From the NCBI GenBank assembly GCA_963764165.1, contig CAVXRD010000001.1, positions 1,600,001 through 1,664,000 of the forward strand: 64,000 nucleotides of DNA, read 5' to 3'. Positions 8,430 through 17,680 of this stretch are shown piece after piece. Origin of the DNA: an uncultured Verrucomicrobiae bacterium. GTDB lineage: Bacteria > Verrucomicrobiota > Verrucomicrobiia > Limisphaerales > Palsa-1400. Numbering within the stretch: the first letter of the stretch is position 1; the number at the start of each line of letters is the position of its first letter. Made by a program: the position numbers and the translations under genes. The notes beneath the pieces were generated by a model, which saw only the letters and a program-made list of their open reading frames with translations, was not told the DNA's origin and made no database searches.

Positions 8430-10310
8430 TTATGGCATGGTCAGGAATTCGGCGCTCGTCATCAAGGCCCAAAGCAAATCGCGATCCGCTTCCGCCGGGT
8501 GTTTGGCCCGCTCTTTCAGAAATGTTTTCGCGTAACCTGCTTCTTCAGAATCAGGCAGGCGGGCATACGTTGCGAGAAACGCCTCTTGAACGCACGCATT
8601 TGGATCCGCCAGCGCCGCGAGGCGCGACACGGTGTTCGTCGAGCCGGATTTGAGGATTTCAGCGATCAAGGAGGAATTCGCCAGGAATTGCGCCTGCTGA
8701 TAGGAGGCGTTATAATCCTTCGGCAAAACCTCCGGCAGCGCCGTAATCGCGGCGCGCCGCAATGCATCGTCTTCCGGCGTCAAACCAGCCGCAATGCGCC
8801 ACGAACGCGCGAGCTGCTCGGCGGAGAGCGGGCGTTCAATGGCGCCGGCGAATGTTTCCGGCGGCGCGCCCGAGTTGCTCAGGGCGTAGGCGCGGCTGAG
8901 CACCATGCCTTTGACTTCCCTGCGGACATCGTAATTGTGGCTCGCGAAATCCTGGGCCAGCCAATCCAGCAATTCCGGATGGCTTGGCGCGTAGCGGGCG
9001 TTCATTTCATCCGCCGGCTGCACAATGCCGCGCCCGTAAAAAACGGACCACATGCGGTTGACAAAGGCGCGCGCCAGGAGCGGGTTGTTCTGCGTCGCCA
9101 TATCGGCGAACGCGGCTCGCCGGGAAAATTTAGGGACACGGACTTTGGCTTTGGGATCCACATATTTGTCGTCACTATCGTTTTCCTTGGCGTCCGCGGC
9201 GGGGCGATCTTCCTTTACGACGCCTCCGCAAAGGAGAGTGACCACCGCAGGCTGCGATTCCTTCTTCAAGTTTGTAAAATTGACAAAGCCGCCGGTGGCC
9301 GATTCCGACACTGCATTGCCGCCCTCGACGTTCTTGCTGCGATTGTAGGCCGCGACCAGGCCCCAATAGTGAGCCTGCTTGATTTCGCGGGCCAGGGGAT
9401 GATTGTGGCATTGGGCGCAATTAACTTTTGTTCCGTATGCAAGAGGAGCGACCGCTTCCGCGATGGCTTGGTAATCGTCGCGCCGCTCATACAAAAACCA
9501 TGACGAGCCTTCGTCCTCCGGCCTGGCTGGCCGCGCCACCAAAATCGCGTGGACCATTTCGTTCCACGGCCGGTTGGCGCGGAAATTATTTTCCAGAAAA
9601 GACCACCAGCCGTTCTTCTGGCGCTGCCCCTCCGTCTTCTCCCGTTTGGGGCGGCCCATGAGGAAGTAATCCCACAGCTCGCGCATCCGCACGGGATACT
9701 CATCGGAGGCGAGCAGCTTGTCCACCAAGCCGGCGCGCTTCGACGATGCCTGATCGCTGGTGAACGCCTGCAATTCCGCCGGGGTGCAAATGCGCCCGGC
9801 TAGATCAAGATAGACGCGGCGGCACCATGTGCGATCATCCACTTCGGCCGCGGGTTTGACGTTGCGTTCCGCCCAGCCTTCCGAAATCAACGTGTCCACC
9901 GCTTGCGTAATCGAATCAAAGTGACGGGCGGGGCGCGGATGGGCGGAGGCCGCGACCTCTGCCGCGCTCATGGAAGTGATCCACTCACCCACCGCTTTCA
10001 TGTCCGCCTCCGACAACTGCTTCTTGGGCGGCATGTGCGGATCCGCATTGGACGCCAGATTGTTGTAAAGGCGGCTTTCCTGCGGCTTGCCGGGAACGAT
10101 GACCGCGCCATCATCGCCACCCTTGATCACCATTTCGATGTTATCCAGTTCAAGCCCGCTCTTCTGTTGGAGCGGGCCGTGGCACTTCACGCAATTGACA
10201 TCCAGTATCGGCTGGACCTTGCTGGACCAAAGCAGGGACGCCTCCGTCCCGCTGGCGATTCGGGCGGCAATAAGAATCCCGCAAAAGATATGAACTGATT
10301 TGAGGCGCAC
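8430..10310 (-). CDS. Planctomycete-type cytochrome c / DUF1549 / DUF1553 protein
   Basis: CVKCH and CAQCH heme motifs; RRVYLDLAGR, ARAFVNRMW, PSHPELLDWLA.DF, LSAEQL. Confidence 0.9.
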   Translation of the reverse strand: MRLKSVHIFCGILIAARIASGTEASLLWSSKVQPILDVNCVKCHGPLQQKSGLELDNIEMVIKGGDDGAVIVPGKPQESRLYNNLASNADPHMPPKKQLSEADMKAVGEWITSMSAAEVAASAHPRPARHFDSITQAVDTLISEGWAERNVKPAAEVDDRTWCRRVYLDLAGRICTPAELQAFTSDQASSKRAGLVDKLLASDEYPVRMRELWDYFLMGRPKREKTEGQRQKNGWWSFLENNFRANRPWNEMVHAILVARPARPEDEGSSWFLYERRDDYQAIAEAVAPLAYGTKVNCAQCHNHPLAREIKQAHYWGLVAAYNRSKNVEGGNAVSESATGGFVNFTNLKKESQPAVVTLLCGGVVKEDRPAADAKENDSDDKYVDPKAKVRVPKFSRRAAFADMATQNNPLLARAFVNRMWSVFYGRGIVQPADEMNARYAPSHPELLDWLAQDFASHNYDVRREVKGMVLSRAYALSNSGAPPETFAGAIERPLSAEQLARSWRIAAGLTPEDDALRRAAITALPEVLPKDYNASYQQAQFLANSSLIAEILKSGSTNTVSRLAALADPNACVQEAFLATYARLPDSEEAGYAKTFLKERAKHPAEADRDLLWALMTSAEFLTMP

Positions 10311-10374
10311 TTTGGCCTGTTAGTTTGCCACCAATAGACGAGTTCGCGCAACAGCCTCTTCAAACAAAAATACT

Positions 10375-10659
10375 TGATGTGTTGACCGGCGCGTTCAAAT
10401 CGCTGCCAGTGATGGACGCAGGCCCGCAGGTGGCGCGCGGCTGTGTCGAAGACCAGCCGCAGCAACACTCAAACAACCCAAAACGAATCTGGCTGTGGCC
10501 ACCTCCGAAAGACATATCAAAACTTCGAAACTGCAACTGGCGAGCCGTGGAACTCTTTCTAACGCGCCACTTGTTTCGGAGTGGCTGCGGCTGGTCTTCG
10601 ACACAGCCGTGCTCCGCTCAAAGCGAAATCACACGCCGCACCCGCTTTCAATCACATCA
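10375..10659. mobile_element. MITE/REPIN-like composite element, copy 1 (inner IR 10435-10463 / 10584-10612)
   Basis: GCGCGGCTGTGTCGAAGACCAGCCGCAGC and its near-perfect inverse flank a 120-bp spacer homologous to that of the 23.9-kb copy. Outer arm CTTTCAATCACATC at 10645-10658. Confidence 0.8.
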
Positions 10660-10883
10660 CTGAGCAATTGCTCCGGCGGGTCGATTCGGCGAATCGCTTG
10701 CCTGCGGACATATGCGGAAATCGTTTGCCTTGGGGGAAAGCGCGTGGCCATGCCGGGGAAAATTGCGGCCGACGTTTCGGCCCTCACAATCAAGTGGGAT
10801 TCTCGACAGAATATCCTTGTCAAAAAAACGCCGGCAAGCCACGTTCTTGACAGTTTCTCGCAGGGGCGACATTCTCGTCCGCA

Positions 10884-12692
10884 ATGCACAATCGCTTCTT
10901 AGCTCTTTCGGCGATTCTTTTGTCAGGCTGTTATTTCGACACGGCAGGAGCGCAATCTTCGATGGCAGATTCGGAAGCGCACGATGTGTCCGCGGTGGCC
11001 AATGAAGCGAACCTGTGGCGGGCGGAACACCGGATCATCGATTTGCATCAGCACTTGGACTACACGCCAGAGTTGCTGGCGCGGGCCATCCGCGTCATGG
11101 ATGCATCCGGCGTGGGATTGGGAATTGATCTGACACCCGGAACGGTGACTGCCGGGGCAAAAGGCGAGCCTGGCGAATTTGAATCGCACAAAAAGATGGA
11201 GGATTCGCTATTTCCCGGACGCTGGGTGCAATACATGAATCTCGATTACACGCACTGGGATCAGACGGATTTCGCGCAACAGGCGGTCAAGCAAGTCGAG
11301 GAGGGGCATCGCCTTGGCGCTGCGGGCTTCAAAGAGTGGAAACGTCTCGGATTGTATTTGCGCGATGGTTCCGGCGCGCTGATTAAAATCGACGACCCGA
11401 AACTCGATCCGATGTGGGAGCGATTGGGTCAACTGCACATGCCCATCTCCATTCACGTGGCCGATCCAAAGGCGTTCTTCGAGCCGTACACGCCCCAAAA
11501 CGAACGCTGGGAGGAATTGAAGGATCACCACAGTTGGTGGTTTGGCGACACGAACAAGTTCCCCACTTGGAAAGGCCTGCTGGAAGCCATGAGCCGCGTG
11601 ATCGGACGCCATCCAAACACCACTTTTGTGTGCGTGCATTTTGGAAACAACGCCGAGGAATTGGAGTGGGTCGATCAGCAGCTCGCGCTGCATCCCAACA
11701 TGATGGTGGATCTGGCGGCGCGCATTCCCGAAATCGGGCGGCATGACCCGGGGAAGGTCCACGACTTTTTTGTCAAGCATCAGGATCGGATTTTGTTCGC
11801 GACCGATTTTCAATCCCTGGACTGGCGGATGATTCTCGGGTCGAGCGGTCCCGAGCCGCCTCCTTCGGAAGCCGATGCCGAGGTTTTCTTTCGGAAAGAA
11901 TACCGATGGCTGGAAACGTGGGACAAGAACTGGCCGCACATGACGCCAATCCAGGGAAATTGGAGCATCAGTTCCATCGGCCTCTCGGTTCCGGTTCTGC
12001 GCAAAATTTATTTCGACAACGCCCGCCGGCTCTTGGCCAGATCGCTTCCAACGCCCGTCCTGGCTGCCCGCCACACGACGGTGGATTTTGTGCCGGATGG
12101 CGATGTCACGAAAACAATCTGGCAGACCACCAAGCCCGTGCACATCGAAACTCGCAGCGGCGATGGTGCCATTTGCGCCGCTCTTTCCACAACTGTCCGA
12201 TGCCTGTGGTCGTCTAACAATCTTTATCTTGCCTACCGCTGCCCATTCACGAAATTGACGGTTTTCGATCCTCCACAAAAAGAAGGAAAGCGTATCGGAA
12301 AGCCGCATGACGGACTTAGCCTTTGGGATCGCGACGTTGTGGAAGCATTCATCGGGAGCGATTTGAAAAACATCCGGCATTACATGGAATTCGAGGTGGC
12401 GCCCACCAACGAGCGGCTGGATGCAAGCCTTGATTTGCCCAAGAAAGACTTTGCATGGGAGAGTCATTTTCAATCCGCCGTGCGAGTCGATGAGAAAGGA
12501 AGGTTTTGGGACTGCGAGATGCGAATTCCAATGGCGTCGCTGGGGGCGCAGCCGGCCGCCGCAGGCACAAAATGGCGCATCAACCTTTACCGCGGCGACA
12601 CGGCCAGCAAAACGGATTTGTCGTGGAACCCCTGCCTGGTCGAAACGTTTCATGCGCCGGACCGGTTTGGCGTCCTGGAATTCACTGAGTGA
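10884..12692 (+). CDS. Amidohydrolase (Amidohydro_2) fused to a CBM9-like domain
   Basis: IIDLHQH, IHVADP, HFGN and RILFATD motifs. The C-terminal domain has DVVEAFI, YMEFEVAP, W.CEMRIP, WRINLYR and FH.P.RFG.L.F. Confidence 0.8.
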   Translation: MHNRFLALSAILLSGCYFDTAGAQSSMADSEAHDVSAVANEANLWRAEHRIIDLHQHLDYTPELLARAIRVMDASGVGLGIDLTPGTVTAGAKGEPGEFESHKKMEDSLFPGRWVQYMNLDYTHWDQTDFAQQAVKQVEEGHRLGAAGFKEWKRLGLYLRDGSGALIKIDDPKLDPMWERLGQLHMPISIHVADPKAFFEPYTPQNERWEELKDHHSWWFGDTNKFPTWKGLLEAMSRVIGRHPNTTFVCVHFGNNAEELEWVDQQLALHPNMMVDLAARIPEIGRHDPGKVHDFFVKHQDRILFATDFQSLDWRMILGSSGPEPPPSEADAEVFFRKEYRWLETWDKNWPHMTPIQGNWSISSIGLSVPVLRKIYFDNARRLLARSLPTPVLAARHTTVDFVPDGDVTKTIWQTTKPVHIETRSGDGAICAALSTTVRCLWSSNNLYLAYRCPFTKLTVFDPPQKEGKRIGKPHDGLSLWDRDVVEAFIGSDLKNIRHYMEFEVAPTNERLDASLDLPKKDFAWESHFQSAVRVDEKGRFWDCEMRIPMASLGAQPAAAGTKWRINLYRGDTASKTDLSWNPCLVETFHAPDRFGVLEFTE

Positions 12693-12730
12693 CGAACTTT
12701 GCAGACCGCCTCAAGTTTATATGGAAAATT

Positions 12731-12818
12731 AAACAGGAGGAAAACCGGGAGAGCAGAGAAAAATGCTCATTTTGCGAACGATTTTTCCATCTCCGTTTCC
12801 TCGGCTTTGCTCCTGTTC
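12731..12818. repeat. Imperfect inverted pair of 9-nt-periodic arms
   Basis: AAACAGGAGGAAAACCGGGAGAGCAGAGA ... TCTCCGTTTCCTCGGCTTTGCTCCTGTT. Confidence 0.55.
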
Positions 12819-12905
12819 AAATTTTCATTCCTGCACCCCAGCGAGGATTCGAAATCAACTTGGTTGACACCCCTGAACGAACCGCCTCATATTGCTTGAA
12901 GACCC

Positions 12906-13808
12906 ATGAGAACATATTCTTTCGCCGAAACCTCCCGCAGGAAGCTATATTCAAAATGCGCTTTCATTCTTGCCTTGGCGTTTGCCTTTTCGATTCACGG
13001 CGAAGAAAAGATCCCGGATGAATGCAAAATCGGAGGCTTTGCCATTGGCTGTATTGTTTACACATTCGACCATGCCAATTTGTTTGACTCGCTGGAGATG
13101 ACGGCCCAGACGGGTTCACGCGTCGTCGAATTGGCAGCCAAACCGAGCCTGAGCAAGGAGGATCCGAAAGTCCCGTTTGACTATCATGCTTCGCCTGAAG
13201 TCATCCAAAAAGTGAAGGCCAAGCTGGCCGAGTGCCATCTCAAGCCCGTCACCTATGCGGTCATCCCATTTCCCGCTGAGGAAAACGATGGACGCCAGTT
13301 GTTTGAATTTGCCAAAACGATGGGTTTGCGCGCCATCGTCACCGAATCGCCCGAACTTATAGACCGCATCGAGAAGCTGGCCAAGGAATTCGACATCATG
13401 GTTGGCTTCCACGATCACCCACGGCACCAGGACGACGCTAGCTACAAGATGTGGGACCCGAACTACGTCCTTTCGCTGGTCAAAGATCGGGATTGGCATC
13501 TCGGCGCCTGCGCCGATACGGGCCATTGGGTTCGCTCCGGCCTCAAGCCCGTCGATTGCTTGCGCATTCTCAAAGGCCGGATTGTTTGCAGCCACCTCAA
13601 GGATTTAAACGCGATGGGACGCGGCGCGCATGATGTTCCTTTTGGCACCGGCGTCTCGGATATTGGCGGAATCCTCGATGAGTTGAAGGCCCAGAATTTT
13701 CAGGGCAGCCTATCCATCGAATACGAATACCACTGGGATACTTCCTTGCCCGAAGTTTCCCAATGCGTGGGCTTTGTCCGCGGATACGGCATGGCAAAAA
13801 ATTGGTGA
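12906..13808 (+). CDS. Sugar phosphate isomerase/epimerase (AP-endonuclease-2 TIM barrel)
   Basis: Motifs GACADTGHW, SHLKD, VPFGTG, SIEYE. Confidence 0.85.
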   Translation: MRTYSFAETSRRKLYSKCAFILALAFAFSIHGEEKIPDECKIGGFAIGCIVYTFDHANLFDSLEMTAQTGSRVVELAAKPSLSKEDPKVPFDYHASPEVIQKVKAKLAECHLKPVTYAVIPFPAEENDGRQLFEFAKTMGLRAIVTESPELIDRIEKLAKEFDIMVGFHDHPRHQDDASYKMWDPNYVLSLVKDRDWHLGACADTGHWVRSGLKPVDCLRILKGRIVCSHLKDLNAMGRGAHDVPFGTGVSDIGGILDELKAQNFQGSLSIEYEYHWDTSLPEVSQCVGFVRGYGMAKNW

Positions 13809-13828
13809 CAGCAAACAAATTCCTTAAA

Positions 13829-15127
13829 ATGCAAAATCGACGTCAATTTATTGCGCAGACAGGAGCGGTCGCCGGCGGACTCAGCCTGGGTCTGTCTCTG
13901 GATGCCAAAGTTCTCGACCAGAGCCCGGGAGCCAATGATCGCATCTCTATCGGACTGATTGGTTGCGGCACGCAAGGCCGCTACAATTTGCGGGAGCTGA
14001 TGAAACTTAAAGGCGTGCGCGCCGCCGCAGTCTGCGACGTCGATGAAACTCACTTGCAAGACGGCGTTCACGACGTTACCGAAGCGGGCCAGCCTGCCCC
14101 AAAGCAATTCAAGGACTTCCGGCGCTTGTTGGAGGACAAGGATATCAACGCAGTCATCATCGGCACGCCGGATCATTGGCACGCGCCCATTTTTATCGCC
14201 GCCTGTCAAGCAGGCAAAGACATCTGGTGCGAAAAACCGATCTCACACAATTTGATGGAGGCCAAAGCCATGCTCAATGCGGCGCGGCGGCACAAGCCCG
14301 TCGTCCAAATCGGCACCTGGCAGCGCAGCATGAAACATTTCCAGGACGCCATCGCCATCGTGCAATCCGGCATGCTGGGAAAAATCAACATCTGCCGCGC
14401 CTGGATGGTTTTGGACCGCGACATTGGCCGGCAGACTGCCCAGACGCCTCCGCCGACTCTCGATTGGAATTTTTGGCTCGGTCCGGCGAAGTCGGTGCCT
14501 TACACGCCCAATCGCTGCCATGAAAACTGGCGCTGGTTCTGGAACACGGGCGGCAGCCTGATGACCGACTGGGGAATCCATATGATTGACATCGTCCTGC
14601 TGGCCAGGCGCCAAAGCGATCCCATTTCGATTTCCAGCCAGGGCGGCATTCTCACTTCCGACGATGACCGGGACACCCCGGACACACTGCAAGCCAGCTA
14701 CCGCTTTCCAAACTGGATCTTGAATTGGGAGCACCGCTTCAACAACCCGCGCGGGATCGACGGCGGAATTTCCCACGGCGCGGAGTTCATCGGCCAGCAT
14801 GGAACTCTTATAGTTGACCGACAGCGCTACCAATTCTTTCCCAATCCCAAGGATGCGCCCGCGCCGCCGGAGTCGAAATGGGAAGACAGCACGCACTGGC
14901 AGAATTTTGTCGATTGCATCCGCACCCGCGCCACGCCGCGCTCGGACATCGAATCGATGGCCAAGACGACGATGGTGTGCCACTTGGGCAACATCGCCCT
15001 GCAAAGCGGGGGCACGGTGCATTGGGACGCCGCGGCGCAAGACGTGTCCCATCCCCGGAGCGTGTCGCACTGCCTGGCCTACCAGCGCGAATACCGCAAG
15101 CCGTGGAAACTCGAGATGCACGGGTGA
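13829..15127 (+). CDS. Gfo/Idh/MocA oxidoreductase with Tat signal
   Basis: NRRQFI twin-arginine motif; IGLIGCG, TPDHWH, CEKP, WLGPA, DWGIH. Confidence 0.9.
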   Translation: MQNRRQFIAQTGAVAGGLSLGLSLDAKVLDQSPGANDRISIGLIGCGTQGRYNLRELMKLKGVRAAAVCDVDETHLQDGVHDVTEAGQPAPKQFKDFRRLLEDKDINAVIIGTPDHWHAPIFIAACQAGKDIWCEKPISHNLMEAKAMLNAARRHKPVVQIGTWQRSMKHFQDAIAIVQSGMLGKINICRAWMVLDRDIGRQTAQTPPPTLDWNFWLGPAKSVPYTPNRCHENWRWFWNTGGSLMTDWGIHMIDIVLLARRQSDPISISSQGGILTSDDDRDTPDTLQASYRFPNWILNWEHRFNNPRGIDGGISHGAEFIGQHGTLIVDRQRYQFFPNPKDAPAPPESKWEDSTHWQNFVDCIRTRATPRSDIESMAKTTMVCHLGNIALQSGGTVHWDAAAQDVSHPRSVSHCLAYQREYRKPWKLEMHG

Positions 15128-15143
15128 CAGCAAGGAGCAATTG

Positions 15144-15291
15144 AATCTGGAACGCCCAAACTCAGGAAAAGAGGCGGGTGTGCCAATTTATGCCTCTTGC
15201 TGGCTCAAACGCAAAGAGGAGACAATTAATTGCCGAAGAGCGCACTTACTGGAATGGAATCCTCCGTTCCTGAGTTCGGTCGTTCCAGATT
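15144..15291. repeat. MITE-like intergenic element with ~30-bp imperfect TIRs, copy 1
   Basis: AATCTGGAACGCCCAAACTCAGGAAAAGAGG ... CCTCCGTTCCTGAGTTCGGTCGTTCCAGATT; same arms as 41049-41232. Confidence 0.75.
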
Positions 15292-15299
15292 ATAATAAT

Positions 15300-15400
15300 A
15301 TATAATCTCCAAAAACCCGTTACACCCGTTACACAGTTGATTATCAACTAGATAAACCCCTACATCAGCCGCTACAGGTCCGCTACAAACCCGCTACATT
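15300..15400. repeat. ~100-bp phased GCTACA element, copy B
   Basis: Aligns with 4007-4107; central palindrome AGTTGA-TTA-TCAACT. Confidence 0.85.
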
Positions 15401-15594
15401 TCATCGGGCGACAGCCGCAGATGGACATAGATCGACGGAGATTTTCAAAAAAAGATGGTCGGCACCCGGATTTTTCCCGGCATTGCATTTCACCGGTAGG
15501 GCAAACGTATCTAAATGCAAATTAAGCTGCGTCTGCCCCATCGGTTGCGCCTTCTCCGGTTGCCCAGAAATCCGAGCAGGTATATTCTTCCGGC

Positions 15595-15795
15595 ATGAGT
15601 TCCGTGCATGAGATCGAAGCCGCCGTCAGCAAGCTTTCCCGTCAGGAGCTTTTGGCTTTCCGCGACTGGTACTCCGGGTTCGACGCTGCCGCGTGGGACT
15701 AACAGTTTGAGGGGGACGTTGCCGCCGGACATTTGGACGCCCTTGCAGACGAGGCCATCCGTGATTTGCGCGAGGGGCGCTGCCGGGACTTGTGA
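15595..15795 (+). pseudogene. Small putative antitoxin with an internal TAA stop
   Basis: MSSVHEIEAAVSKLSRQEL..FRDW...D...WD*QFEGDVAAGHLDALADEA.. with the stop at 15700-15702. Its end overlaps the GTG of the downstream toxin remnant. Confidence 0.7.
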
Positions 15796-16143
15796 AGCAT
15801 CGCGCCGCCCCAGAACCCATCTCATAAATAGGAGCGGGGCGCGCTCGCCAGAAAACGGCCCTCTGGCGTCGTTGCTCCTCAGTCACAGCCCCATGTGGGG
15901 GATGCTCCTTCGTCGCGCCTAGCCAGAGGGCCGTTTTCTGGCGAGCCCCTCGGGTGGCCGATCTTTGGGGCGGCGGCTTCGTTGCTCGTCGGTCGAAGAT
16001 CGCTGCGGATATTCTTCCTCCTCGCGCCTTGCCGCCACCCCAAATCTCTGGCCACGCGCCCCCCACTCCTATTTATGAGATGGGTTCTAAGTTCTGGCAG
16101 TACTACGCGCAACTTCCCGAGGGGATTCAGCGGCCGGCGGATG
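15792..16143 (+). pseudogene. RelE/ParE-like toxin remnant split by a MITE and truncated
   Basis: VKHRAAP | insertion | KFWQYYAQLPEGIQR.AD rejoins into a typical small-toxin N-terminus. Similarity is lost after this point. Confidence 0.6.
15812..16088. mobile_element. 277-bp MITE with perfect 23-bp TIRs and two internal hairpin modules
   Basis: AGAACCCATCTCATAAATAGGAG (15812-15834) and CTCCTATTTATGAGATGGGTTCT (16066-16088). Internal 24-bp IR CTCGCCAGAAAACGGCCCTCTGGC. No transposase. Confidence 0.85.
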
Positions 16144-16318
16144 ATCGCGCGCTTCGCTTTGGCGCACGCTTCGCTTGCAGGGTTTTGGCGGCGAACTTGC
16201 CTCCTGATTCTGCTTCACAACGGCGAATGTCTTCGCCGATGGCGTGAACGTCATAATTGAATCGTTTCGCGTAATCCGTGCGGCGGCGGTGGATTTCTTG
16301 AACAATTGGATCTTTCAT
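16127..16318 (-). CDS. Small hypothetical protein, typical partner of PIN-domain toxins
   Basis: MKDPIVQEIHRRR..YAKRFNYD..AI; lies immediately downstream of the PIN remnant. Confidence 0.6.
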   Translation of the reverse strand: MKDPIVQEIHRRRTDYAKRFNYDVHAIGEDIRRCEAESGGKFAAKTLQAKRAPKRSARSSAGR

Positions 16319-16319
16319 A

Positions 16320-16570
16320 TCATGTTTCCGATACTCCCATCAATTCCAGCGGAGTGCAAATGACGGGAAGGGCGTAGCCTTCGGCTGCCGCCAGTCGTTC
16401 GATGCCAGGGAATAATCTCGCCGTTGTTGATGTGTGCGCAATTCCAAGTCAGCAGAAAATGAATGCCATGAACGGTGGCGGTGGCGATGTGAAATGCATC
16501 CACAGCAGCCTTAGCCGGAAGCAAATGGGTTGTCAGAATTCGACGGGCAAAGTCATCCACCTGAAGTTTC
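16320..16570 (-). pseudogene. PIN-domain (VapC-like) remnant, 5'-truncated and frameshifted
   Basis: DAFHIATATVHGIHFLLTWNCAHINN, then a frameshift near 16408 into GIERLAAAEGYALPVICTPLELM. Confidence 0.75.
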
Positions 16571-16741
16571 AATCGCACTCATGTCCGCCGTTACGATGGC
16601 CTTCGAGCAAGCTTAAATCAAGCTCGTATGCGCCGCCTCAAAAAACCAGCTACAAGTCCGCCGAGGTTGCGAAAAACAGAAAGTGCAAAAAGTGCGGACC
16701 GACGAGATTGATAATTATTTAACATTCCTACTAATGGTCTA

Positions 16742-16770
16742 TTGACATACTTTAAAAAGCAATTCATACT
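16742..16770 (+). promoter_or_regulatory. Sigma70-type promoter of vapBC, probably giving a leaderless mRNA
   Basis: TTGACA, 17-bp spacer, CATACT. The ATG begins 8 nt after the -10 box and there is no Shine-Dalgarno. Confidence 0.65.
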
Positions 16771-16777
16771 TCAGCAA

Positions 16778-17053
16778 ATGAATACGACCAACAAGACCGA
16801 GGCGGTCTGGTTTACAATAAAAGGCCAGGTGGTCATTCCGCTGCGTCTCCGGAAACAGTTCGAGATTGGAGACGGCACAAAAGCTGTGGTCCAGGCGACT
16901 CCCGATGGAATTCTTCTTACTCCTGTGACCGCCGCACTCATAAGGCGCGGCCGGGGCATCCTCAAGCGCAAGCCGGGTGAAAAGCCGCTCACTGAGCAAA
17001 TGGCGGAGCATAAGAAACAGGAACGTGAACTGGAGGAACGTCATGCCGGCTAA
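16778..17053 (+). CDS. AbrB/MazE/SpoVT-family antitoxin
   Basis: KGQVVIP..LRKQF.I..G...DGILLTP swapped-hairpin motif; overlaps the toxin start. Confidence 0.85.
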   Translation: MNTTNKTEAVWFTIKGQVVIPLRLRKQFEIGDGTKAVVQATPDGILLTPVTAALIRRGRGILKRKPGEKPLTEQMAEHKKQERELEERHAG

Positions 17054-17444
17054 AGTGCTCGACAGTTTTGCGCTCATCGCCTATTTCCGCGACGAATCGG
17101 GCGCGGAGGCAATGGAAGAATTGCTTGTGGCGGCGGGGAAAAAGGATAACCCGCTCCAAATGACGGATGTGAATTACGCCGAAGTGAAACACTCCATTTT
17201 GAAAAAGGACGGCGCAAACGCGTGGGCCGAAGCCGAAAAGATTCTACAGAGCCTGCCGATTGAGTTTAACTCCACAGACCGGCTCCTTGCGGACTGCGCC
17301 GCCGATTTCAAGGCTCGCTTCAGAATCAGCCTGGCAGACGCGTTCGCCGCCGCCCTGGCGAAATCGAAAAATGCGGAACTCGTCACCGGCGACCCAGAAT
17401 TCAAAGAACTGGAGAAAGAAATTAAAATTGGATGGCTTGGTTAA
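17043..17444 (+). CDS. vapC: VapC/PIN-domain toxin
   Basis: Motifs VLDSFALIAY, N.AEV, SLADAFA, LVTGDPEF. Confidence 0.88.
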   Translation: MPAKVLDSFALIAYFRDESGAEAMEELLVAAGKKDNPLQMTDVNYAEVKHSILKKDGANAWAEAEKILQSLPIEFNSTDRLLADCAADFKARFRISLADAFAAALAKSKNAELVTGDPEFKELEKEIKIGWLG

Positions 17445-17679
17445 ACCCCAGTTTTATCCTGTAAATCCTGTTCATCCTGTCTAAAGAGCAGCCCTGATTC
17501 TGCGAATGCAGATTTCCGGTCGTTTCGTCAGGTCGTGCTCCCAAATTCGGACGACCCGCCAGCCTTTTTTCCGAAGCGTCTTCAGCAGCGAAGCGTTGCA
17601 AGCTGAGCGACCAGCCGGGAAACAGATAGTTTAGGTTACTCCGCGCGCGAACTTTCGTCTTGGTAAAATCGTCTGACAT
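17422..17679 (-). CDS. Hypothetical ORF, possibly decayed
   Basis: The ATG lies 1 nt after the stop of 17681-17980. The 3' end runs through a repeat arm and into vapC. Confidence 0.25.
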   Translation of the reverse strand: MSDDFTKTKVRARSNLNYLFPGWSLSLQRFAAEDASEKRLAGRPNLGARPDETTGNLHSQNQGCSLDRMNRIYRIKLGFNQAIQF

Positions 17680-17680
17680 T

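Noticed and set aside
15700..15702. Stop-codon recoding in the small antitoxin
   Set aside because: The codon is TAA, other genes here end at TAA normally, and the partner toxin is also disrupted, so decay is the simpler explanation.
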